64,000 nt of DNA, taken from NCBI RefSeq assembly GCF_001194135.2, contig NC_068999.1:16504996-16568995 (forward strand), given 5' to 3'. This document shows positions 53,842 through 64,000 of this stretch, in pieces. The DNA comes from Octopus bimaculoides. Lineage: Eukaryota. The notes under the pieces were generated by a model, which searched no databases, was not told the DNA's origin, and was given only the letters and a program-made list of their open reading frames with translations. The stretch's first letter is position 1, and each line of letters starts with the position of its first letter. The translations under genes and the position numbers were made by a program.

Positions 53842-54837
53842 TGTATGCATGTGACTATGTATGTATGTAGGTATGTCTGCATGTATGTCTCTTCTGTTTT
53901 TAATCATTTAAATTATTCTTCTGAAGGAGTTGGTTTTTACCAAAGGTAAACAGCTCAATCTTTGGAATGTAGATATTGAAGATAATATCACATTCTAAAT
54001 ATGAGAATAATTATGCAAGTTCTCTTCTGCTAACAGATTCTACATGTATTCTACGCATCGGTTGATTTTTTCATTTGAAAAACAAGGTTATCCATATTGA
54101 CTGTTAGGCATTTACTTACAAAACCAAGTGCTTCAATTATTATTGGTATAAATGTAACTTTGTAATCCAGATATTGAAGCTGGAGATTCCATAGCAGTTA
54201 TCCATAATTGTCTTATTTCTCTTTAATTTTCTAAGAGATATTCACATCAGCAGGACAGCTAACCTCTATGTCGGTACATACTTTCACCCTTTATCCCAAA
54301 CAATAATATCTGGATAATTATTCTTACACTTGATAGATGCTTTGATGGGAATATTCCACTAGTGTTTCTTTTGCAGTATTCCATATGTATGTATGTATGT
54401 ATGTATGGATGTATGGATGGATGGACGTGTGCAAAATTGAAGACATATTACCAACAGCAGAATGAAAATGAAAGTTGTAACGAAGTAACAAAGTGCACTG
54501 GAGAATTTAAAAAGAAAGAAAAATAGCAAAGAGAAAGTAATGAAAAATATATCTCATTCTAACTCTAGCCACGTCATGCTATCATATTAACGATATCTGT
54601 TAACTAGTACATTGAGTATGATACATGCATGGCTATCTACTCTAATACTGCTTCCGCTGCAAATAGCGAACTTTTCTTCAGCAGGTCACCCATTGGCAAC
54701 AACAGCAATCGTTCACTCATTGGTTTCCTTTATCGGAAGCCTGCCGTTGTCCGTGAGTATACGCCACTGAAAAGGGTCAAACCGCAGCAATTCATCTTCT
54801 GTCCATGCTAGATTGTTGCTGGGACGTTATTCATATC

Positions 54838-54879
<42 letters not shown>

Positions 54880-55169
54880 NNNNNNNNNNNNNNNNNNNNN
54901 NNNNNNNNNNNNNNNNNNNNNNNNNNNNNNNNNNNNNNNNNNNNNNNNNNNNNNNNNNNNNNNNNNNNNNNNNNNNNNNNNNNNNNNNNNNNNNNNNNNN
55001 NNNNNNNTATATAACACATATATATATATACACACATATATATACAAACATACACACAGAGGAATGCGCGCATACACACACACATATATATATAATAGAT
55101 ACCCGTAATGACGTGTATATATATACATGCATGATATGTGTGTGTTCCTCTGTGTGTGTGCATGACTGT

Positions 55170-55213
<44 letters not shown>

Positions 55214-57042
55214 GGGTGTGTGTGTGTGGCATATGATATATGACATACGTATTTATTTGTTTATGTGTGTATAAACGTGTATACGTAAATAATACTTTCC
55301 AAAAACTTTTGAACGTGAAAATAAGTATTAAACACTTATAGAAGGAACAGCAGTGAACAGATATCGTAATCTGAATATATCTAAATACTTAGGCAAGATA
55401 TTGCATTTACAAACATATTCAATATTCTTACTCTTTAGAAAATTGAAGCTAAATACTAGATTCAGACAGAGATAGCACACTCTGATATCTCTAATATATC
55501 ATTTACTATAAAACCATTTTCCTCTGAGACGAACAGGAAGGTCACATCTACGACATGTCTACGTAAATTGCAGCCCGCAAGTATAATCTCTAACATAGTT
55601 ATTCATTCTGTCTTTTATATTGATATCAATCATCTCAGATGTCTACTCGATTTGACAAATTTTACTTAAGTCTAACCTAAACCATATATTTAATCAGAAA
55701 TGTCGGTGGACTTTGATTCACTTCCTAATTAGCCGTATGAATAATGTGTTTGGTCAAAGATCTTAAGCGTTTATATGAGAAAGAAAAGCTAATGGAAACA
55801 GCCATTTAATATTTTCGGAATTTCTCTCCACGATATTCAAAGAATCAATGTGGTAACCATATTTGTCAATGAAAATGTCGTCTCCATCATTTCAGAGAGG
55901 ATTGATGTTTCTCAGCGTACATTTACAAATAAAATATGTTACGAATATTAAGACATTTCTCTCACTTACTCCTTCTCTCTCCTCCTCTTCGCTGTCTTTT
56001 AGTTTGTCTCTTTTTCACTCTCACTATTTCTCGCTTCATGTGACACTCGAAATATACACACATGGACGCATATATACAAGCAGATAGAAAAATATGTGCA
56101 TAAATGCATATATCTTTATCTAGATTAGGAAAAAGAATGTCTAAATTTCTGAAAGTTCTGATTCTTATGCTTGTTCTGTCAGACATAACATGAAACTAAA
56201 ATCACTAATCATTTGGCTTTTTTAACTTTATTTAATTTATTCTTATCATTATTACTTCTATTTAGGCGGTTAACTGGAGGTATTGTTACCATGCAGATTG
56301 AAGAGCTTAGGAGCATTTCTTACGGCGCTTTATGTTCAAAGTTCAAATTCCGCCGAGATGGACATATAACCATCACTAGTTTTCTGTATTCAATTTTCGT
56401 TTAAGCTGTCACATTAAGAGGTGCGTCTGTTTTTACAGAACACTGCTCCTGGACGTGTGGTGAGGGATCTTTCGTATTCGTGACTTACCGAGTCTCAGAG
56501 AGCAAAATTCACCGCTATTCCTTTCTTCTTTGTAACATATTACCTAGCACAACTGTTCTTTTCCACAGTTTAAAATGAAGTTTGTTGCATTTTTATTAAG
56601 ATAATTTAAAAACCGTGCGCGGATTTGTTTCGTTCAGGTTTGGAAGCTTGTACGTATTCGTGTGGGAATTGTATAAACATTACATTTGTCGATGCGAAAC
56701 GAGAATCAGCAATGTGTGCATGCGAGTAGAAATTGGAATGCATATGGGATTAGTCATAATTATCGTTGTTGTTGTTGGTACTGCTGCTGTTGCTGTTGTT
56801 GCTGCTACTGCTGCTATTACTGCTGGTTTTGGCTTTACGTCTCTGATATTTTCTTATTTAAATATTTAGAATTTCTCATTTCAGGAGATATTTTCTGTTA
56901 TATGTGTTAGACCCACCGATTATGTAGATACAATCGTATTATTTCTAAATTCATCGATATAACGAATCGATGAGATCACTGAAGAAGGGATGCCAAAATT
57001 GCTCTGGGTACAGCAAAAGTGCCCTATATAAAATTAACTTAC

Positions 57043-57267
57043 ATCTGTTCATGGAGCCATTTACATCTGCGAACACAGAATTAACTAGAGCCCTGATTAT
57101 CATGAAACATACAGCATACTACAAACCACAGATTTGTTCCACCATCAACTACATTTCGTCTTTAATACAAACTATCAAATTTTCGTCCTCGACGATTTCA
57201 AGATACCCGGTTATCTATTGCAATTTATCTTCCAAATATTCGTGTAATTTATTGTGCGAATATTCGT
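57043..57267 (-). pseudogene. Symmetric 225-nt candidate (pseudo)exon with three in-frame TAG codons
   Basis: Acceptor ttttccgttttcgatatctcacag| and donor GAT|gtaagt. Phase 1-1 frame reads EYSHNKLHEYLEDKLQ*ITGYLEIVEDENLIVCIKDEM*LMVEQICGL*YAVCFMIIRALVNSVFADVNGSMNR; the other two frames stop early. Confidence 0.3.
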
Positions 57268-57459
57268 CTGTGAGATATCGAAAACGGAAAAGAGTTTAAT
57301 TTAAAAGTAAGACTTGTCATTTCAAATTGAATTCTGATATATCTTAGCGTTATTATAATTATAGGAAGTCGATTGCTTCTAGACATGATGCCAACTGAAT
57401 TGTCATGTCTCTTTATCCTAAAATTTATTTGTGATTTTTGTTACAAAAAACACAGTCGA

Positions 57460-58170
57460 CTGTATAGAAGAATAAAGAAAGGGAGGAGAAGGGAGAGAAT
57501 AAAATTAAATAAAGAAGGACAAGAACAACAGTTACAAGACGAAAGAATATGAAGGATAAGGACTAGAGTATTTTGTAAAACGTTGAGATGTAAGATAGCA
57601 GAAAAATTTGAGATAAGAGGCAGGCAGGTGAAGTAAGACAAGAGAGTAAAGATTATGAAAAAAGAAAATTAAAAAATAGGTGAAACGATGTTGATAAAAA
57701 TGATGATGTTCGTGATAAAGATAATAGAGATGTTGATAAAGTCAATAGGGTTGAGGATGAGTGTGATTATTGTGGTTGAAGAAACGAAAAAAAAAAATTC
57801 AATAAGAAATATCTGATGAAAAAAGAAAAAAACATTAAGGGAAACTTCATGGAAAGAAGAAAAGGTGAGCTGAATACAAAGAAAACAAAGGAGAAGAGGG
57901 TGTAGAGATGGTATAAATGGAAGAAGAAAAAATGTTGATGATGATGATGATGATGATGAGGAGGAGGAGGAGGTGGAGGAAATACAACCTCAACAACTAC
58001 AACAAGAACAGAATGGGAATGAGTATGGCTTGAGGGGGAAGGAAGAAGAGGGGAGGGGCGGTGATGAAAATGAGGATGTGCACGTGGAAGACGAGGGAGA
58101 AGCAAAAAAACTGAAAGTGCAATTTGTAGCAGAAGAAGAAGAAGAAGAAGAAGATGAAGAAGAAGGGTTA
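57460..58170. repeat. Purine-rich low-complexity tract (GAA/GAT/GAG decays)
   Basis: Direct read; includes (GAT)n(GAG)n at 57938-57980 and (GAA)n at 58131-58165. Confidence 0.88.
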
Positions 58171-58649
58171 ATGGTAAAACAAATGATAGGATCAGTAGCA
58201 ATTGGCATGTTAATAGTTAACCGAGAATTAAAGATATTTCAATGAGAGATATTATGGTAAATATGCTATAATTTGATACCATCGTGATATACACAGAGGG
58301 CGGTCTAAACGACGAAACTGAGTATCTTGTTGTTGTCAACGTTACTAATGTTATACTACTTATCTTGCAAAAGCGTGATGTATTCTACACTGTGGTGCAC
58401 ACGCACAAACAAACACGCACGCACACACATGCGCGCGCTCAAACATGCACACATGTCAATTGTGCAGTTTTGGGGAAACATCACGTGATATCTTTATTAT
58501 TTTTTGGTAAACTTCATTAAATTATACACAAGCTTGTTTGTGTCTTAAAACGATTGTATCATATAATTGTGTGTGTGTGTGTGTGTGTGTATGTGTGTGT
58601 GTGTTTGTGTGTGTTCACACGTGCGTGCGAGCGTGCATGTGTGTGTGTA

Positions 58650-58870
58650 GAGGACTGTGTCTTAGTGGTTAGAGTGTCAGCAGCCTACCACTCATGAGCG
58701 AAAGAATGTGGTTTCAATTCCGTAGTCGGAGAGATTAGTTATGTTGTTTTTTTTTGTTTTTTGTCTTTTATTTTAGCAGAACACTTTATTTCACGTTGCT
58801 TCATTCGCCTTAGCAGGCACACATGAAAGTTCTCGTAACGGACCGCAGGCCCGTCCACGTGACCATATAG
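58650..58870 (+). mobile_element. Degenerate family B SINE
   Basis: tagtggttagagtgt...ggtttcaattcc...acactttatttcacgttgct. Confidence 0.65.
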
Positions 58871-59460
58871 TTCGAGAAGAAAATTTGATCATTTTCTTGT
58901 AACACATAAATGTCTGTGTGTTTGTGCTTTCCCATATATCTATGTATGTCTGTAAATATACATATATCTATATATGTGGGTTTATATGTGTGTTTGAATC
59001 GGAAGAAAACTCCAAGAGAGAATCACGTGCTACGAGTTACGACCTTGAGACAAAATAAATACCCTTGTAAGTGTCAGGTACGACTCTCTCGGTTATTTAG
59101 GTAAATTTTGGATGATTAAAAACAATACATAAATGTATACTTGCGTATTGAGTTCTATTTAATATGTTGTGTTTCACCAATCATTTGTGTGTGTGTACTT
59201 TTGTAGAACAGCAAATTTTGTAGAGAGATTAGATAAATTGAAGCAGAAGTGAAATAACTGTAAATATAATTTACAGTTATCAATAATTATTGATTTGAAG
59301 ATATGTTTGTCGGTAATATCGTCTACAGTACTTAATTCGTACTTTATTTTATTCCTGCCGGAATGAATTCGAAATTCGCAAGTTGGCAACTCATAACAAT
59401 ACGCGCAAAAAATACATACATACACACGTACTGAAACACACACACACACACACACACACA

Positions 59461-59493
<33 letters not shown>

Positions 59494-59523
59494 ATATATA
59501 TATATATATATATGTACACACAC

Positions 59524-59567
<44 letters not shown>

Positions 59568-59604
59568 NNNNNNNNNNNNNNNNNNNNNNNNNNNNNNNNN
59601 NNNN

Positions 59605-59656
<52 letters not shown>

Positions 59657-61355
59657 GCATATATTTATATATATATATATGCATATATATGTACACACTT
59701 ACATATATTTGTATATATACATGCATATATGGGTACAGGACATCAAAGAAAATCGTTAGACACAATGAGAAACGAAAACATAGAAAACGAACAAAACAAA
59801 CAGAGAAACGAGACATGCAACATGAAGAATATATCCTTTCTTGAGTTGTTCCTGTTTCATCTATTCCGCGTTGCAAAGGTAAGGACAATACGCGACTTCG
59901 GTGAAACAGTCGTTCCCTCAAAGCCAATTAAATAGAGAACAGGACAGTAAAAACAAACGGTGAAGGCTGTTGAGCCATGACGATGGAAATATATATATAT
60001 ATATATATATATAAGATGTGATATTTGTCAACGATTCAGGAGAAGAGTACTCTGTAAACTGATACAATAGTCTATATTCCTGCGGGTTCAGTGTTCATCG
60101 CCTGTCGTCGCTAGTTGGGGCAAGTAAATCTAGGATTAGTTGACTTGGAAGACAAAGTAGAACCTCGTGAATATCCAGTGTAACAAGCTAGTATACTGTC
60201 GTCAATATACACGCACACATACACACGTACGTGCGCACGTACACGCACACACACACACACATGCATACGTATATCGCCGCATTATATATACGTTTATCTA
60301 AGGGTGTTGTTGTTCGTATATAGAAATATATATTCGTGCTTGTATGCATAGATGATATATAAATTTAGGCGTCTGTGCAGTACTTGTTATATGTTACTGT
60401 GTGTGTGTGTGTACATGCGTGTATATGTGTGCGTGCGTGTGTACGTGTGCGTGCGTGTGTGTGTGTGTGTAGGAGCGACGAATGTGTTTATACTAAGATA
60501 ATACAGTATTTTTAAAGTCTATGTTCTGTAACTCGATCTAAATTAAGTTTATTATTATTTTGTGTCTGCTTCTGAGTTATATATATATTTTAATGATTTG
60601 TAAATATCCCAGTCGCTAACAAAGCAAATAAATTATATATCATGTTTATTTTTCTATGCTTTTACCATAGCTTGATTGCACCAGAAATCATTATGTTAAA
60701 GTAGAAAAAATAAGAAAAGCTATGTTTCAAGTGTCTTTCGGGATTTGTGAGTAAGAAAATATTGTTAATATATTTATTTGTATTTCATTTTAGTTGCATT
60801 ATACAACTTTTACTGTTATAAATGTCTTTTTTTCAGGACTTGATATCTTTAAAGAAAATTGTTCTGTTCTCTTCTAGATTATTTTGTATTTTACGATACA
60901 CGTATTTCTCGTTAAAATGTTCATGCAGTAATGTTCGGGTCAGATTTGAAAAAAAATTATTCTAACATGAAGTATTATCAGCATAGTAGTTATATAATCT
61001 TTAAGTGTTGTTTTATATAGTAACAAAACCTAAGCAGAGGGTTGTTTCCGTTGAACCCAATAGTGTACTGAGCGAAAGAGCTATGCTCAATCTATTTACT
61101 TACTCGATCTGCTTTAGTACCCAAATATGAGATTCAACGCAACATCATTTAATCAGTTGTTCTAACCCCTAATACATTATAAATAGTAACAAAATACGCC
61201 CGCTAATGATGTCTCTGTTAGCCAAGAGTAGAGTGCCTCCCTCTCTGTTGGAGTGGATGATAATTTGTCAAGCCTTGCTACGGGCCCTTAATACAGTGTG
61301 TTTTGGTGCATTTGTACACCCGGTGAAGGCCATCATTTTCCATTTCTCTCTACAG

Positions 61356-61550
61356 TCAGTTTCTTCCAGAAGAAGATATGGAGGCAGAGAGAAAGAAAGA
61401 ATTAAAGAAAGGAAAGAGACAACCCGGTAAAGGAGATATAATTTATCTATCATCCCGGGTATGATGAAAGGTGCAGATGCCATCAGAGCACAAAGAGTTG
61501 GAATGGTTACCGATGTTCTATAACGATTCAACCAAATGGCCGTCTTACAA
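61356..61550 (+). other. Symmetric 195-nt candidate exon with strong splice sites and an internal TGA-TGA
   Basis: Acceptor ttttccatttctctctacag| and donor CAA|gtaagt. Frame reads QFLPEEDMEAERKKELKKGKRQPGKGDIIYLSSRV**KVQMPSEHKELEWLPMFYNDSTKWPSY. Confidence 0.35.
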
Positions 61551-62562
61551 GTAAGTTATATCAGTAGTTATATCTGAAGTCATTCACTGATGATGTTCCA
61601 TAACGTCATACATTATATTTGCAACGAAACTATGTTAAGTAATTTAATTTGGATGACAATGTACTTATAAAATGCATAATACCAAGCTTTTTTTTTCTCT
61701 TGAGAGAGTCTCTCCGGAATGTTTTCTATCTGGTAGTTGTTTATCCAGCACTGATTTACATCATCACTCCACTAATTATAAATAAAAGCGGAATTTCCTT
61801 CTAATCACGTTTTACATATGACGCCCGCGTCATATTATCTATTGCTAGCTTACTAACAACACTGGTAGGAAAAGGAAAAGAAATTACAGTTCGGTATGCT
61901 GTTGAACATAGATCTACATCAGCGTGGCTAACTACGGTAAAAGCAACAACATACTTTTCCTGGTTATATTTCCTCACAACCTGTGATTTGCATAGAATTC
62001 CGGTTTTCAAGTTCTACATATTTTAACATTCTTGTTCTTGTTTCCAATTGTGTTTATGACATTTTGGTATACTTTGCCATTATAAGTTATAAATTGTCTT
62101 GTTTCCTTATTTGTAAAGTCATTCCAGAGCGTCATGTGATCTTAAAACCTCAGACTTCATATTTGGAGCATTCATTTGCTTGACGTTTGACAGGAGTTGA
62201 AATCATGTGTTTCTTCGCGATGCAGTCAATGCACAATTTAGACTAATATTATATCTGATATGCAGTTTTTTTTCTTTTCTTTTAGACATTGTCAGTAACT
62301 TCAATCCTTTAATACATTATGTAGAGTGATTTATTTATTATAACAGGGCATGAATTTCAAGGCGATATGGGATATTTCTTTATAAATCAGGTCAAGAACT
62401 TCAAATAGATATGTTTCGAACATCAACTTTCTTTCAAAACGTATTCTTCAGAATAATGATTTAGTCAGCATGGAAACTGAAGTCAAGGAAGAGTAAACAT
62501 TTCTATTGCATTATTTTTAAGATGCTACAATTATAATTCTTATTGATGTTGAATATGTGTGG

Positions 62563-62606
<44 letters not shown>

Positions 62607-63138
62607 TTATGTATTTAGATAAATATTTCCATACACACACATATATATATACATACATATCTATATGGAGAGAGGGAGAGAGATTGAAGCACACATGCCC
62701 ACGCACATATATGTAGTCAAATCGAGGATGTAATGTCCTCCTTAGGAATTATAAAATCTAGGGATCCACCGGTATTATCGCTGATATATTGGGAGAAAGT
62801 ACTTAACATATACGGATAAGTATTTTAATTTACATCTTATATTAATATAAAAAAAATGGAGTGTTAATTATGGATGCTTATTTTATTCGTATCATGTTAA
62901 ACACAATAAAATATAGCAAATAAATGAATGTAAATTTGAAAGGAACATATAATTATAAAATGGAACTGTTTACCTAACGACTAGATTGAAACATGTGTAG
63001 GCCTTTTAATGTTTATTTTATAATTATATGTTCCTTTAAATTTTATTCGTATTCACTTATTTGCTATATTTTATTGCGCTTAACATGATACAAATAAAAT
63101 AAGCATCCATGATTATCTCTCCGTTTTCTTACATTAAT

Positions 63139-63175
<37 letters not shown>

Positions 63176-63419
63176 TTATGTCTGTATATACACTTTAATA
63201 TAATCACACTAATATTTCGTAAAACACCAGCAAGACTATACATCGACTGACACACACGTATTAACATATGGGGACCCACGCGTAACACACGCAACATTCG
63301 CACATGCACACACATACACGCACACCGAGTATTTTGATGACCACCATCTGTCTGAGTGATACGTTTTTTGAACCTATCTTTGTAAATAATGTTCGTTTTA
63401 ACATTTTGCTGTATGTCTG

Positions 63420-63465
<46 letters not shown>

Positions 63466-64000
63466 TGTTTCATTGGACTTACTTACCTCTCAGTCTATCC
63501 ATTCCTCTCCCTATCTATTTTTTATCTACCTATGTACCTCTCTATCTTTATTTCTTTCTCTCTGTGTTTGTTTATCAACGTCTACATTTCTATATTTCCT
63601 ACTCGTTTCGTTTCTTTCAAATAAAACACTGAACTCCAAAATCTTAAAGACATTATGTTCAACCTTTTTCATTTCTTATGTTAAAACTAACGCATTTATC
63701 AAAGTGCTGTTTTTACTATAACAATGCTGGATTGATGGCATATATGTGTGTGCGGTGTGTGCGTGTGCGTGTGTGTGTTGTATGGTGTCTGCACTTGTGC
63801 GTGTTTGTGTGAGTGTGTGCATTCACTAAATATCGTCGACACAATTATGTCGGTTTGCCTTGACAATAATTATCTTGTCCCCACACACACATAAAAACTA
63901 ACAACGTAAAGAAAGCCTACACAGAAACCTTACAATCCAATATTTGATATCCCGACAACTTATCGACTCGGTCATTTTAATTCTGTATCATCTCCCAATT

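Noticed and set aside
54600-54830. GC-richer island with a short minus-strand peptide (NNLAWTEDELLRFDPFQWRIL)
   Set aside because: Bounded by stops with no usable splice pair; more likely an unclassified repeat fragment.
56970-57299. 109-aa plus-strand ORF
   Set aside because: No recognisable domain; composition looks like antisense, and the splice signals favour the minus strand.
57973-58245. Acidic ORF MEEIQPQQLQQ...EEEEEEEDEEE
   Set aside because: It lies within decayed GAA/GAT/GAG repeats, with no domain signal and no clear splice boundaries.
61068-61092. CTGAGCGAAAGAGC-TAT-GCTC hairpin resembling a Penelope hammerhead
   Set aside because: No GAAA after the stem and no helix I; at best an unrecognisable remnant.
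61462-61467. Selenocysteine reading of the TGA-TGA
   Set aside because: No SECIS was identified and there is no redox-motif context; nothing supports it from sequence alone.

Overview
AT-rich eukaryotic, mostly non-coding DNA packed with (TA)n/(CA)n/(GATA)n microsatellites and 12 N gaps. The SINE-like repeats resemble, from memory, those of Octopus (coleoid cephalopod); that attribution is an inference. No known host gene could be recognised, and almost all listed ORFs are microsatellite artefacts. Supported content: (1) a full-length but dead mariner with TIRs and TA target sites (5502-6755); (2) three further Tc1/mariner remnants, one a fold-back element with ~250-270 bp arms (36353-37231); (3) a decayed R4/Dong-like RT fragment (9154-10160); (4) an RTE-type AP-endonuclease 5' fragment missed by the ORF track (45920-46340); (5) many tRNA-headed SINE copies. 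The most notable observation is a structurally complete type I hammerhead-ribozyme fold at 14117-14195 that deviates from the catalytic core at one position (G5C). Other leads are two degenerate hammerhead-like remnants, a possible HDV-like pseudoknot upstream of the RTE ORF, three unrelated long hairpins clustered at 43.3-44.2 kb, and several splice-site-bounded candidate exons. Two of these exons are symmetric but carry in-frame stops (3xTAG; TGA-TGA).
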